From NCBI RefSeq assembly GCF_037042905.1, contig NC_087255.1, forward strand, positions 17,236,001 to 17,300,000: a DNA stretch of 64,000 bases, in the 5' to 3' direction. Positions 35,981 through 51,373 of the stretch are shown piece after piece. The DNA comes from Lytechinus pictus. Taxonomy: Eukaryota. Both the position numbers and the translations under genes were made by a program. Under the pieces are notes generated by a model. The model saw only the letters and a list, made by a program, of their open reading frames with translations. It was not told the origin of the DNA and made no database searches. The first letter of the stretch is position 1; each line of letters starts with the position of its first letter.

Positions 35981-38789
35981 TGTTTGATGGAACCCGCGTG
36001 GGTGGTGACAAAGTAATGGGTATTTCAAGTCAGTTTTGTGAAATTATGAGGTCTACAAAACCCATAACACTCTTATGAATACATGTATCTTCAGTCTGCC
36101 TTACAATCCAATAGTGGTGGTTTCTTAATGTAAAAACATGCGAATATAAACACTAAGCACTGACCACTTTTCTTTATTCTTCTTGAGTATCGAATTTTCT
36201 ATTTTCTTTATAATTTGCCCTTTTTTAGCCCAAGTAGTCCTTTGGACTTCACTTTAACTGATGCCCTTAAACTACACTTTACACTTTATAAAACACTTTC
36301 CTGGTGTACTCTCAAAAGTAATTACCTCTCTTCAGCAAACTACAGTGGTTTTATATACTTCCATCCTCGAGTATTTTGCTGACTACGGCACGGGAGAAAA
36401 TAACACTCTTACATGACGACAGCACGCTAAATAATATAAAAATGGTTTTATAGGTGTCAACAAGTATTTCCAATTTGCAATTATCATGATGGCATATTTG
36501 AAAATGGACTAGAGATACAAATAGTTATAATTCTCAAAACTCTCGAGGCGACATGCTTTTCTTGGTTATCAGTCACTGTTCACGCGACTTGTTAGCTCTT
36601 AAAAATGGTCAAAATAACCACTTTGATGTAAAATGACTGTGTCCTACAACATTTTCTTTTTCATATGCTCTGTACCTGCATGCTGAGGTTGGAGCTACTA
36701 TCCCACTCATGCCCCAAAACAAAGACCGACACTCCAAAACACAACCCGTCGCTCAGAAAATAAAATTAGAACATAGACCAAGATTATTTACATTTTCGAA
36801 GCCTACACTACACATGAGATTGATTTTGACCTACTACTAAGAAAAAAAATCTTAACAATTCATTAGTGTGTTGATAAATTTTTTAGATCAACATAAATTG
36901 TTGCCCACCTTCGTTGGTCGTGACTTTGTTCGTTCAATAAAATAAAGTACCAACGTTTGTTATAAAGACATTTTTTTTTTGTATTTTTTTTACCGAAATG
37001 TACATGTCTCCATCCAAATTCGTATTTTGGTCAAGGATAAAAAACAATACATAAATGAATATAAATATATATACTCCGAATCATCCCAGTTCCTTCCATC
37101 TACCATCTAATGACCACGATACCAAGTCTTGACCAACGAACGCAGGGGGCAGCAACACATGTTCGTTAGCCTTTATTTTCAATACAAACAATTACAAGGG
37201 GCTGTATGCACGAAAAGGGAACTTTTTAAATTTGGTTTTGAGACAGATCATTTTCGTTTCTTTTGTAAAGAAGAAGTTGAGTCTTACCAACATTTATTTT
37301 TATTGAGATGAGTAAAATGTTACAATTGAAAGAACTTGGGAGTGACAGTTGGAAAACAATTTTCCTGGGGATATTAATAAATTGTATTTTATTACAGTTA
37401 AATATATTATTTTTAGTTCAAGAAAACAGGAAATATTGCCAACCGTACAGAAAGTGACACATGTGATTAAAAAATATAGAGATACGGAATATCAAATGGC
37501 GTTTAAAAAGGGTAAGCTGTGGGTGCACAAATCAATGCATCCTTGTCTTGATACTATAGATGCCTTGGTTGCTTCATTTTTGTTTGTTTTGTTTTGTTTA
37601 TCTTTTCAATACAGATAGATTTACCAGAGCTGGATGCATAGTGTATGTGTGTGGGTGTATTTGTGTGGATGGATGTGTGAGTATTGTGACTGGGGAAGGG
37701 GGGGGGGGGGGGGGTTGTGCGTGGTGGTGAGTTTTCAAGTGGGCATGTGTGATGGTTTGGGGAGAGTGGTGAGGGGGAGTGGGTATGATGGGGGGGGGGG
37801 AGGGGTTAAGGTAAGTGTGTAGGGACGTTTTAGGCAAAATAATGTTCCTCTAATTAACCTTCAAAAACAATATTTTTATCAATTTTTAAAAATTGTCTTT
37901 CTCGTACACTTAAGTACAAAAGAGATTTCTATTCTGTTAAAGAAAAAAAGTTACTTTAATAAAGTCTGTTTTTATTTGTCGATATATATAAACACATTTC
38001 TTCTCTGTTTTCACATTCTAAAGTAAGAGATATTGGGCAGTTATATTTAATTTGTAATAATTCTGACAATTTGTTTGTGATCTCATTGATATTGATATAT
38101 TACTTTGTTTCATATATAACGTTCAAATTTTTTTTCACCCGGACCGATATTTTACGCCTTTGGTGTTGATTCTTATTGTAACTTATCAATCATCCTCCAT
38201 TGTCTATTTATATTGCACACATGAAGTGGAGCAGTGGGTGGACTAGCGATGACGAATATCTTATTTTAACACGGGAAGGGTAAAGGGCATTATGCGCAAA
38301 TGTAAAAGTCATCACAAAAGACCAATATCATGATAATAAGGTACTGATCGGTCGAGGAATAGCGTGGTACATCACACACAGAGCAGATAATGATACAAGT
38401 CAGCCATTTTTTTTTGTAAGACCGAAACACTCTATTGCCATACATCCAATTTATGCTGCAAATGTAGTTTCACTGCTAAATACATGCGGATCACAAAATC
38501 CATCTTTTTTGGCAGTTCGAGATCTTTTGCTGACCTTTCTAGGCGTTAGATAACCTACAATAAACGGAAGCGATGTCCATAATTACCGTTTACGTGGTTT
38601 AGGTGTATAGGTCTTCTCTGTCCCAAATAATTATAATTATTTCATTATTCCGGAATCTGTAATGATTTTTGGTGGTGGTGGGCGGGAAATAATTGATGAA
38701 AAATTGAGACAACTCCTTCCTCAAAATGTTAATACTTCCGTGAGTGGGTTTTCGTTTCTGATGTATGGTATAAATAATAATAGTATAGT

Positions 38790-39440
38790 AATACTTCTAT
38801 TTAATAGCGCATATTAAACTGAAGGTTTCTCTACGGCTTTACAATAAAGGAAACAAAAATACATATACAGGTAATACAAACAAAGAAATAGATTTGTGAA
38901 CTACAAAATTACTAATTTAAACTTACAATTGTTACCAATAAAACAACTACCAATACTACACCTAGTTATGAGTTTCGGAAAAGATGAGTGTTGAGTAAGG
39001 ACTTGAAAATTGAATAAGTGGATGCCTGTCTGATATGTAGGGGTAATTTGTCCAGCAAATGATCTACTACCATAAAAGCATGTGTGGATTTTTGGAATTT
39101 GAAGAATTACTTGTTTGCTTAATCGAAGGTCACGGCGTGGGTTATAATCATTTAGTAAATTGGACAAGTATGATGGAGATAAGCCATACTGAGCTTTAAA
39201 AACTAAACAAAGAATCTTAAATGTGATTCGCTTTTCAACATAAATCCAATGTAATTTCTTCAGGGTACTGGTTATGCTGTGTTGCATAAAAGTGCGAGTT
39301 ACTATATAGCCTAGCTGCAATATTCTGCAGCATCTGTATACGGTGAATGCCTTTTTGGGAAGACCAAATAACAAGCTATTACATGAGTCGATTCGACTGG
39401 TGACAAATGCATGGACCAGGCTTTTTGTTGCCTGTTTATT
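38790..39440 (-). pseudogene. Decayed L2-type LINE 3' fragment
   Basis: ORF 38901-39554 contains LVHAFVTSRIDSCNSLLFGLP, LKKLHW..RITFKILCLVFKA..PSYL and YGSRSF, with frameshifted segments. Confidence 0.85.
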
Positions 39441-40095
39441 CAGAGGGAAAATGACAGCATGATACACTTTCCCCCTTTTTATTCCAGATCTTGGTATTAA
39501 ACCCCCTCTTGTATTAGTAAAGAGCACATTTCGTGGATAATTTTTAACCAACATTACGGAATACGCAATATTTTCCCCAAGATGTTATTACGTTCCATAA
39601 TAACCTTGCATTATGCAAAGGCCTCACATGCCTAAACCGATTTCGCAGGGCAATGCACGCTTCTGAAGTGAATTTGCTTTCTAGGTATGGGTCAGTGAGA
39701 GAATGTTCTTTTTGGTAAACCTATTGAGATCAAATATAGAAAATATACTTTTATTTACATAAAAATGCACATGGGTATAATAGTCCATGTGTGTGACAGG
39801 ATAAAAGCTAAACTTTACGAAAATTACGTAATCCCTCCATATTGAATCAATCCCAATATTTAATCTGTAATTTTCATTACCCACAACCATGCAAAAATCT
39901 CGACAGTTTTTACTACTATTTTGTTTTTCCACAGATCAGGGGGGTGTTTCACAAATACTTGCTTTTGAAACGTCGATATTTCAGAATTTGGGATGGGGGG
40001 GGGGGGGGCTATGTGACTCCCATCGCCTTAGCTTCATGTAGAGCATTTAGAAAATAAAAATCAATAATGAAACAAAATTCAGGGTTGCTTCCTTT

Positions 40096-40114
40096 TGTCA
40101 GTAGATGGCAGCAC
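40096..40114 (+). promoter_or_regulatory. Candidate CTCF-type binding motif
   Basis: TGTCAGTAGATGGCAGCAC closely resembles the CTCF core CCASYAGRKGGCRSY. This is a motif match only. Confidence 0.3.
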
Positions 40115-40654
40115 AGTGCGATGAAGGGAAACCATGGAAGATGTATTCTAATAAAAGCCCGGCATTATCAGATCATAGCCTCAATATACATGTAAATACA
40201 ATGATTATTTACTCTGCATTAAACATAGTGGCCGTGGACTCGTGTCGGTACACACTTGGCGAGCGAAATAATGGTCGTATCCATCAAAGTGTCCGGTCGA
40301 GAGAAGTCCGCTTGTGACAAATATAGATTCAATTTCACGGATTGCAACTCGAACACCCACTTCATAATCAAGGCGGGTGTTCTCATTCATAAAATAGATG
40401 GCGACAGTGCCACGAGGGTTCCACATCACTTGAAGAGAGGGCCGGAAATCCCTCCTTCTTCTAGCCTAATGGGTAAGATGCTAGATAATCCATTATAATC
40501 AATGTACCTTATAGTGCGATATGAGTGGCTGAATTGCGCCATTGGATTCAAACAATATTTGAAAGAGACTCTAATGCTACAAAATATATATTCTGATAGA
40601 GACCTTTGAAAAGATCGCGGAGATAATGGTTATGATCGTTATAATGGAGTGGAC

Positions 40655-40698
40655 AAAGAGAAAAGGAAATGAAGAAGTGGAGGGGGAGTAGTAGTAGT

Positions 40699-40731
<33 letters not shown>

Positions 40732-41000
40732 GGAGGAAAAGTAGTTGTAGTAGTAGTAGTAGAAGAAGAAGTAGTAATAGAAGTAGAAGAAGAAAAAGAA
40801 GTAGTACTAGAAGTGGAAGTAGTAATAGAAAAGAGGAGGAAGAAGAAGACACATTGAAGGAGAAGAAGGAGGGGAATAAGACAAAGAAGGAGAAGTAGTA
40901 GAAGAGTAAAAAGAAGAAGAAGAATTAGAAGAAAACGAAGAAGACACATGGAAGAGAAGCGGGAAAAAAGAAATCAGAAAAGAAACAGAAACAGAAGTAA
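40655..41000. repeat. (GAA)/(GTA) compound microsatellite
   Basis: Visible trinucleotide tracts. Confidence 0.85.
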
Positions 41001-44000
41001 AAGTACATAGTTACACCAAATCAAATAAAACTTTACAACCGAGTATTGGCTGGCAATAAAACTGTATATATCTCAATATTTGTCGTGAAAATTGAGAAAT
41101 CTCCAAAAGCTAAAACAATATTAAATGTTCTCCATTAATCAACGGATATCAATAAAGCCTCAACTTTGGCGCCAGAGAGGAAAAAGACGCCACGGTTTAA
41201 TTATTTTGTTCTTCAACATGTTGAGCCCTTAGTTTTACGCCTGCTTCGGGAATTTTTTTCATGATAATCATCGTTAACTATGATCTGTCTATGTATTTTG
41301 TGTATATTCTGATACCGCACTTAAAGTAACGTATCAGAATAAAAAGTACAACCATCATCATTTTAAATACAGTTCTTCGGGTAACAAATACTGTATTATC
41401 ATTTCAGCTACTGATTTTATTTAATTTTTTTTTCAATATGGATTGAATCACTTTGACAAAAAAAAAACTACAGGGTGTATAACTTGTCATTCAAATTAAT
41501 GCACATGGATCCATTGCAGAGAGTTGCATTTAATTGCAACTTAAAATATCAGGTGTAAGTCTCAACTGCTTGCTTAATTCTGATTGGTTAAAAATCATAT
41601 TTTTTCCGCAGCTGGCCCAAGAGTGTATCCGAAACCTAGAATGCACATGGATCCTGACCATCTATTTATCCAATACACAATACAGTTGTCAACAAAATAT
41701 GGCAGTAGGGTAGGACTAATAAATCCCATAGAGAAAAGACGACAATAAAAATACTTTTTTCTTGCCCGAAAATGTAAGGTTAGCAACGACAGAGTGAAAC
41801 TCCTTTATACACATTTTGGAATTCCTTTTGTTTTAAAATTTGTTTACTGTTATTTATCTGTATTAGTATAGGAATAAATGATTCTTTAGCATCTGAATTG
41901 GTAGTCTATTCGAACATCGGATTCACGATGCATGAATGAATGCTGATACTGTACAACAGTTCTCACCACGTGATATACCATTGCACATTACAAAAAGTAA
42001 AATAAATGGGACTAATCAACCTTGATTATTAGTGGAGATGAGAAAATGAAAAACAATTTCTCGAAGGTAAAGGACGATTTATATGAGAGACTTAAATATC
42101 ATATCTGATGATGCATTTAAAAATACATCGATATTTCGATGAAGATGGACACGTCACACTAGTATACGTAAACATCACATATTCAGAAACGCCACGAGTA
42201 TGCATTGCAAGCATATGCATTGTAACAATACAATGGGTAATACCACCACGCTGTGTTACACCAACGTGTTTTGATATTATGTGGCGTATTTTGTCTTCTC
42301 TTGCTCGTGAGCAGAGTTCGGTAAGGCAACGATATTTCACGCTTCACTTCGCTGCATTAGATTACGTCCACATTGCAACGCCATGTTCTCATAGCAACAC
42401 ACTCTAACGTATTTACTGCATATTCCATTTTCCCCCCGAGTTGCATTTTTCCAGTGGCACATCTTTCAGTGAATGCTTGAAGAAATGTGGGTGATATCAA
42501 TAACTCACAGGAGTGGGTCTGTTTTAGGGATGCTTTGCAGCTATGGGGACGTGCTGCGGAAACATGCTCTGGCAAGATGAGGCGTCACAGGGAAGCACAT
42601 AGTCTAATCAAGTTTGCTCGTCCGAATATTGGGTGAAGCATGATCGCTATGACACCGTGCGCTACCATTGCGCCACTGAGAAGGAGGTGGGGTACTGGGT
42701 TTAACCATAAGGTTCCAACGATATGGATGCCATCGTTACTACTGCATGTATGAATACCACTCTGTTAAATTGTCAATTATGAATATGAAAAAAACATATA
42801 TTTAACCTTTCAAATATAAATCATGTTAATACCTATTTCTTTATAACTATATGAAAACATACTATGCACATTTGGAATACACTACGTAATCATCATGATA
42901 AACTCTTTGGAATAAATACACTACGAAAGAGATGATCATGATGATTCCAACACTTCATACAGCTTCACTAAGTTCCTCTGTTGATCCATCTCAATATTAA
43001 ATGGGGGGACACACAATACGAAAACAAGCGGGCAAATCATTCTCATCTATAGAATTGCACTGTACGACCTGAGTAAAACAGTGGGATCATTTGGCGTGCA
43101 AGTTCGTTCATCAGCCGCTATCGAATACTGACATCGAAGCCCACACGCTAAATTACATTTCTGTCACTCACTATCTCTTCGTATTCCCTGAGCAGAACAG
43201 GTTGAGGGTCATGAACGGGCATGCATATAGTGGCAATATATTTGGAATGAAAGGGGACATCACGCAAAAATACACTCGATCACTGGTGATTTTTTCTTTA
43301 CTTTAGAAGATGTGGATAACCATACACTTATGCCATGTATCATTCATTATACATGCTTTATATTTAATGCATTCATATGTTTGTCATTTTCTTTTTCCTG
43401 TGCAAGGATTTGATTTAATCGTGTTGACATGAAATGAAATAAACTTGAACTTTTTATTTATTCCAGACTCTAGTAACTGTTTCCTTACTGCATTTACTTC
43501 ACCCGAAACTGTCGGAGAAATCAACACCACACATAAATATCTCCATCTCAATAATGGTCATGAAAGTATCATCAACATATCCCATTGTCATCAAACACCG
43601 ATAGACATATCGGGAAACGCTATCATTATGCATTACACGTGGCATTATTAACCTTTTTTCTCCCCATGACTACCATTACTACCATGACTACTATGCTTTG
43701 AAGGACCGGATAACCTCATACATGTACTTTCATCTTTTAAAACTAGTCGCACAACCGACATGGAATGTTGAACAAGTGGACGGTGCGTGGTAAGAATATA
43801 CTCATTACTGAACCTGGCGTAAAATTGGTATGAATGTCAGTCAAGAAAAACGTATTTTCCATATCCAAAAGGTGAAAATGATTCTATCACTACTTTGACG
43901 ATTTGTTTTCATAAAAGAAGGAATAGGACAATACGGTACCATCATACGAAAAGCATGTTTGAAGTAGAAAAAAAGGACATCAAACTTATGAGACATTCTT

Positions 44001-44799
44001 AATGAAAAAATAACCTTGTGGAAAATAATTTTACTAAATATTATGGAATCGGATCTTTTGAAACAAAGAAAAGGAAAAAAATAAAGTCAAATAATGATGT
44101 GTATTATTACACACCATTTTGGTTTTGAAATTGTACTTTGAATATTATTTTCGTCTATTTATTTTTCACTTTTGTTTACTCCAATTTTAGTTTTGCCAAT
44201 TGTATTTTACTCATGCTTTGATATATTTTGTTTTTCGTTCTTATTTGTATGCTTATTTTATGTTGATATTTTTTGTTATTATCATTTGTCCAAGGCCTTG
44301 CTGAATAGCAGCTTCTAGCTGAAAGCAGGCTTTTTAACCGTGATTAAAAATAACAAAAAATACAAATACCTACCACTCATTAGTTTATCGTTCATATCTG
44401 ATTGTCGTGATCATTGCAAAAGTATTTTCCATTCGCCATAAAATCGAATAAAGAATGAGTTGGAGAAGCACTGGGCATCGGGCAGAAAGCTTTTAGCGCT
44501 GCCAAATGGATCCAAACAGTCTCGACGGACGCCATCAGCTTTATTAAGAGCTAAAATGTAATTGTAAAATTGGCGGGGAAAATATTACCCTGGGATAATG
44601 ATAAATGACATGGAACCAAAGTGAAATTAAATTTTTTAAAAGTTAACAGTTAATATCAGTCGTCTTACAAAATTTAGCAATTTTTTTTATCTTCACTTTT
44701 CTCTGATATCCACCATTTGACTTGTTTATTATCTTATCATGATTTCTGAAGTCGAATGATATATATGCCTCCCTTCAGTTCATGTTTATACCCCAGTTT

Positions 44800-45460
44800 C
44801 TCTCTCTATTTGTAATTTTAAGCACGGTATTACCTTTGAAGTACAATTCAATACTGTAAAATTTGTAAATTTGTAGATTATACTTACTATCATTATTAGA
44901 TGATCTGTCAATTGAAAGATCATCTTTTGTGTTTCTACGATTTCTTTTAAATTGCTTTATTATTGATACATTTAAATAATGTTTTATCCCGTTTTCTTGT
45001 TCATGTTGTTGGCATGAAATCTCCAAAGGTCCTTCATCAATTTTCATTAAATTTTTTTTCCAGTTATGGGAGCCTTTTATATTCTGATTGTACATGCAAG
45101 TCTATGAGTTCATTTCTACGATATGAAAAACTGCTAGTTCAGCAATTTCATACAGTTAAGTGTTCCTAGTAACTATCTACTTTTTCAGATATTCTGAAAT
45201 TCGCCAAAAGGTTCACGTTATTTTTTTCTTGTATTCTTGATGTTCAACGAATGCACATCGCAGGTACCCAGCAGATGAGAGCTATCGAATTGCTTGTCTG
45301 AATATTTATTTGCGATTTCTTGGAAGTGTAATAACTAGGAGATTAGTCATTTTAGTATATGGTTCAATCTATTTGTATGATTGGTGTTCTCATTCACTGA
45401 TTTAATACTACAAAGTAAATAATAGATACACTTCTAAAACGGTAGCCTTACCATTAAAGA
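44800..45460 (-). pseudogene. Possible decayed RNase H-bearing (I-group) LINE fragment
   Basis: The minus strand gives LICWVPA followed by a degenerate ..N..V.LLA, resembling the RNase H motif WVPAH.GI.GNE.AD.LAK. It is heavily disrupted. Confidence 0.3.
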
Positions 45461-46251
45461 TGGCAGAAACGAACTTGCCAGGGAGGGGGGGGGGGGATTT
45501 CCGGCCCATGCCTCCCTTTTGAGGGTCCTAACCAATATTTTCAATGTAAATTTTTTAGTGACAACCTTTTTTTTCTTGTCAAATTCTCCTTGGGAAAATG
45601 TGACCCACCTTTTGCCATCAGAAAATGGGAAATAATGGTATAAATATTAACAGACAGAAATTTACATGGATGAGTAGTATTACTTTCATAAGTAAGATTG
45701 CTTTATATATTTCTCGAAGCATTTTTATCATGAAGAGGTATACCAGTGTAAATTTGATTACATACTTTTTTTTTCAGATGCTGACCTTTACGAATTTCTC
45801 TAAAACGACTCAACAGAGCGCCAAAGACAAAACATTCAAAGAGATATGATTCCATACCTATACCAGAGTGTAGACTTACTCCATGAGAATACCAAAGGTT
45901 AAAGTCGTACCAACAATTCAGATAGAACAGTGGAACATCCAGCGTCGTAATATTGACATTATTGAGGTAGGGCTACTTATAATATTTCGGTGTACGCAAG
46001 TGGATACGGCATTGTAGAGGTCACTCCAAAACAAGCAGCGCTTCCAGATGGAGCTCCATTCCTGGCAGATAACACGCAATACCTATTCAAATATTGACAT
46101 CCCATTAAAACACATAGTCAATATAAAGGTGTTTGGTACAATTATTATAATTATTCTCTTTTTCGAGTGAAGTTATATTTCGTCGTGTAAACCATAATAT
46201 GATGCTTATTTACATCAATCAAAACAAGTTCAAATTAGATATCAGTAATAG

Positions 46252-46503
46252 TAGTAGCATAATACAACAACAAATATTGAGGGGGGCAGACATAGCATAT
46301 GGAACAAATGGATCAGAAAGTTTGACCCCTTAGAAATAAAATTAAAATTTTGTGATAGATTTGGAATATTTTTCAGAAGGTGATATCATATTTTACCCTT
46401 TTCCCTTTCAGTTTCGACCCTAATCTCATCCCCCTTGGTCATGGAACTTTTTTTTTTTGGGGGGGATAGGCCCGAAGCCCCCCCCCCCATCTGTACGCCA
46501 GTG
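46252..46503 (+). mobile_element. hAT-like MITE related to 13214-13370
   Basis: Shares the CCCCC-ATCTGTACGCCAGTG end. Flanks AGTAATAG / AGTGATAC match at 6/8. Confidence 0.55.
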
Positions 46504-49500
46504 AGTGATACCGATTGTAAGCCTTATTTATTAGTGGACAATCACTATGATATAGCAAAAAAAAATTCACGCTTAACTTTTGCAGAAAAACACGGTAACA
46601 TATAATTCATATTTACTATATTTTTTCCCAGAATATCCCTTAACTTCCATCAAAAACCCCCCATTAAACCTTGTCTATCTTTTACGTCGTATTTGAAATC
46701 TCACTTCAACTAGAGATAAAAACAACTTCATCTGTTTTATGCTACATTACACGCCATATGGTCGAAACACAAATATCGTGGAATTTGGGATTATGGATAC
46801 GAAAGCACTCCACTGATTTTTTGTGTTTTAATTTTCTTTTTTTTTGTTTTGAAAGCCTGTGAGTAAAACGCCTTCACTTCCTACAAGCCGATTTAAAAAG
46901 CTAGCTGGGGGCAGTAGGAGACCTTTGCATGCTTCCATTCTATTCAAGATCTCGCTTCAAATCCAGGTGCATTGTTCCATGAATCGTCTTGTCAGTGATT
47001 CCGGCTGACAAATTTGCTCTGACCCATTCAGATGCAAGGATTTCAGTACCTTATAACACCTGTCAGTGGATATCAGTGCCTATTTGTTTCATGAAACACT
47101 CCCTGGTATATTGTTTCATCCGGATATCAATGACTCCTGCAGTGGAAGAAGGCAACAATCCAATCCACTTGCATTGCGGTGAAGCGGATCACTTTGGATA
47201 CGAAATCCGGAGCAAGAAAATTGCTGAAAAGGCCAATGTCTTAAAGCAGGCTGTGGTAGGGTGGGATGATTGTCTTTGCATTTTCTTTCTTGTAATGTAT
47301 TCAATAAAGTATTGTGTATATTTTTGTAGTAATTATATATATTTGTTTTACATGCATGTATTTACGTTATAAAGGACCCCATGGAAGAACAGTGGTATTT
47401 TTATAATACCGCTGAAATGTCCCATTCTCCATATTTCATATGATTTATACGATTTATTAAATTTGATCATGTACAAACAAACAAAGAAGCAAACAAACAA
47501 ACAAACAAACAAACAAAAGAGAAAAAGATTTCTTGACAGGACCGGATAAAGTGATGAAAATTTTTATCAATGGACAAATAGTTGTGCACTGAGCGCAGCA
47601 CTTACACACACAAACACACCTTCCCCCACGCATATGCACTTACATACTCATCCTCAAACCCACACACTCACACACACACACACACATAAGATAGGTGTTT
47701 TAGGATTGCATCAGGTCGATAGAATTACAATAAATATGGGAAATAGTCTTCGCACAATCGATACAATCTCATCTATATTTAAACGAGCTTTGATACCCAA
47801 GCTAAGTAAAAATAGAGTTCAGACTCCAATGTAATGCATAAGAACATACAGTCGTGCGTTTAATCGCACTTAACAGCTTTATAAAGAAACCTTTCTGTAT
47901 GCGCGAAAGAAAAACATAGCGAGTTTTTCATGAAATAAATTACAATGAGACCAACCATGTCTGCATTAAAAAAAAAGAAATAAAAACGCCCACACCAACG
48001 CTGAAAATGTCCGATGTTTGCAAAGGTTACATGCTTTCTTTTCTGCATAAGTTGTAAAATGATATTAGCTGTAAGATAATAGAATCCCACTCTAAGCAAA
48101 GACAATTGCGAAGGTTTCGAGAATTTGTTGATGCTATGCTTGTTTTTAACATTGCAGAATGAAACAAGCATTAATATTTACTGTATCTTTCTTCTGATAA
48201 CCTGTGGCATATCAAAGAAAACGAACACCCAGGCCAATCACCCTATTCAAATAATAGTGACGCCATTGGGATTGTGCCCAAATCGCCATATGCGCCGCTT
48301 CTTTATTCGTTTATCTCATTTTAAAACAATACTTACCCCCTTTTAACCCTCCTTTCTACTGTCTTTTGTCGCCCCCTAAATGTGGACTCCCACCCCCCCC
48401 CCCATTCTCAATTCGGAATGATGTTAAATACACCGCTGCTAATACCGGCATGTTGAATTGAAATGAGTTGTCAATATCAAAATGCCAAATTTTGAATTGC
48501 ATTTTTACATTTTTTTAAATTTACATGTATATTTCACTGAGGAAAACTATGTATAACCAACAGACGTATGTCGTTATAACAGTTATAAGTAAATTTTATA
48601 CTGCATTCAACTTCTAAGACACCGTACAATCAATCATCAATAGAATTAATATCAATAACTCCCATGAATAAAAATCCCAACCAATACACACAGACAATAC
48701 ACCCTCACACACACACGCACCCATACTATACCACCCATGTAAAATGAACCAATGTAAATAAATCAGTAGACTAAACATGCGAAAGGTAGTATTTGAAAAT
48801 CATTTCTTGCAAGACATGTTCCTTTAAAACATTTAATGGGATCGTGTTCCAAGTTTGCCAGTTCTTAAGAATAAATGATACCTTCAAGCGAATACGTTTG
48901 AAAGTGTAATGACACTATACAAACACACGAACATACTGTACATGTCATACATGCATCTATGCTTGCAAGATGGTATTTTGCAGTGTAAAGAACTGAGCTT
49001 CAAGACGTGATTGATTTGTATGACAATGTGCGTTGTGTGATAAGAAGAGACTCACAATAATTGAGTGTTGATCTACGGCTATCAATGCCACGATGATCAG
49101 TCGTCTTAGAGAAAAAATGCAAAGGATAAGATGTACAGCATTTTAAATGGCTGAAAACTAAACTGAATATTCACATCAAGGTCTAGCTTCCACTATTCAC
49201 TATTTTGAACAATGACCTTTCAATAATCCATCTCGTGAAGACCTCGAATCGATAAGGAGAAATTTGTGTGGCTTGCCTCATACTGCAATTATAGCAATTT
49301 CCCAATCCTCTTTTTTTTTACGTCGGCGTGCGTTCATTTAATCTATTGCCCTTGACGACCGCTGCGCATTGCAGCGAAGAAACCGTCATGAATTATGGAT
49401 GAAAGATGTTGCAAAATATAGCGAGAAGCGTTTGATCTGCTTGAACCACTTCTCGGGATATCTTAAGGATGACTCTCGGTGTCATCGTGGATAATTGAGG

Positions 49501-49931
49501 GTGATTATGAGAGCAATTGCGATGAATCCCCCTCTATGTTAATGTAATTCAATAGAGAGGATATGGGTAGTGCCAGCTATTAAGATGAAACCATTATTCA
49601 GGAAGGACTTGTGATCTGGAAATAAACCTCATCCTTGCTCCTCTCCATCTGCTCAGCCCAGGAAACGATTAGAAAGACATGTCGGATGGAAATAGCATGA
49701 TGCGATGGTATTACAGCAAGATACCTCGCAATCCCCTCTCGGGAAAACCCAACTCTAAAACCTCGATATACAAGTTTAGGACTTGACACTTCAGCGAGGT
49801 TTCTTGCCGATGGGAACCATGCATAATTATTCTCCAAGCTGACACTGCCTTCAGTTGCAAATCGAATCTCTGAAGCCATGAATGATTCAAACCCTTATCC
49901 GATCCTGCAGTAAAGATGATGTTAGCAGTCT

Positions 49932-50066
49932 CAGGGTCCCGTAACACAAAGGTTAGCGATTGATCGTACGCTTGATTTTTACGATAAATTGCACATTGCA
50001 GTCAATGCAATCAATCGTAGAAAAATGTTGTAAGATCATTGCTAAGCTTTGTGTTAGCGGCCCATG
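49932..50066. mobile_element. MITE
   Basis: GGGTCCCGTAACACAAAGGTTAGCGAT / ATTGCTAAGCTTTGTGTTAGCGGCCC inverted arms. Confidence 0.7.
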
Positions 50067-51106
50067 ACCATATCTTTTGGTCTTCGGACACAGCCGTGTT
50101 TAATACGAGAATTATTGCATTGACAAGTAGGGATTACACTAACAATATACTGTAGATGATGTGTACTCACATGGCATGGGCTTGTGAACTTGGCATAGCT
50201 TGATAACATTATAAACATTCTGGTGTAAAAGAAACATTATCAAGTTTTCATACTATTTACCATTAAGGTGGGTGTACTTGGGTAGTATACTAACATTATC
50301 TTATCAGCTTATACCGGGGAATATAATTGACAAGGAAGATGAGAAAGTGATTGGTCCTCGGAACGGAATACCATTGAGTCACACGCCATTTCCATAGAAA
50401 ATCTAATGCAAGGCCATTCCACAGCTAATCAAACTGCAATTAATTTAACTCAAAATTTTTGATTTCCTTCCTATCATCTTGGTATTATCGAATAACAAGA
50501 AAAGGCACATCTACCCTAGAAGGCAACGCATATTTTCACACACTTGGTGTATTCAGTTTGAAATATTTGCTACACGATGGCGCCAAATTGCTAGATCCAA
50601 TGTGTGACTATCATGGTCGATGCACGTCTGTTTTTTCTATTTTCTTTAAAGGAATATCTTTTGCTTAGCATTCATAGATAGGCGTCTATTGATCTGGTGA
50701 ATGAGATGGAGAGAAGAAGGGGATTGCATGATGGTGGTCTGTGTTAGTTGTGTGTGCTTATGGTTATGTGGGTGCAGAGTGAGAGATGGTGTGTTGGAGG
50801 GCTGTTGGAGAGCAGGTGGGGATGCCGTTTCGCCATTCATTATTAAGACAACTATAACAACATGCACTGGATTCCAATACCTGCAAACGGTGATCTTAAA
50901 AGGCAAGATGTATGAAAGTCATGAGGAAGATATCTTAATGGTGTGATAGAGGGTGTCCATACCTTCCATATGCCTGTAATTCCACTATACGTCCTTTAAA
51001 ATAATGTACTCTAAGAATACTTGTGCATATGCCAGCTTTTATGAGAGAACATTAATCGGTATTAAGTTTGATATGAAACAATCCCTCATGTTTATTATAT
51101 GACGTA

Positions 51107-51373
51107 CACTGTTAGAAAAAGAAATTACATAAAAATAACAGAATCAGTTTGCAAATTGTTATTAAGAAGTTTACCGCAATTTAACAGAACAGGTCCACTT
51201 TAAAATGGGGAAAACAACATGGAATTTGTAGATTTCATACATCAAATGTAATATAATTGTCTATAATTTTACACAATGCTTGTAAGACTACGGCGTGTAA
51301 TAAGATTACAGGTGTGTTTGAGACTCTGCTGCGGGAATTTCTGCGTCTTTAAGGAGAGGTTTTTGTAACAGTG
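51107..51373. mobile_element. CACTG-ended (CMC/EnSpm-like) non-autonomous element
   Basis: TA|CACTGTTAGAAAAA ... TTTTTGTAACAGTG|TA. Confidence 0.65.

Noticed and set aside
35986-37014. Possible element bounded by GATGGA...TCCATC
   Set aside because: The inverted match is only ~6 bp and there is no clear TSD.
40548-40949. Leu/Ser/Thr-rich 'membrane' ORFs (also 6417-6674, 6982-7353, 8497-8865, 15227-15478)
   Set aside because: They are translations of microsatellite or polypurine tracts.
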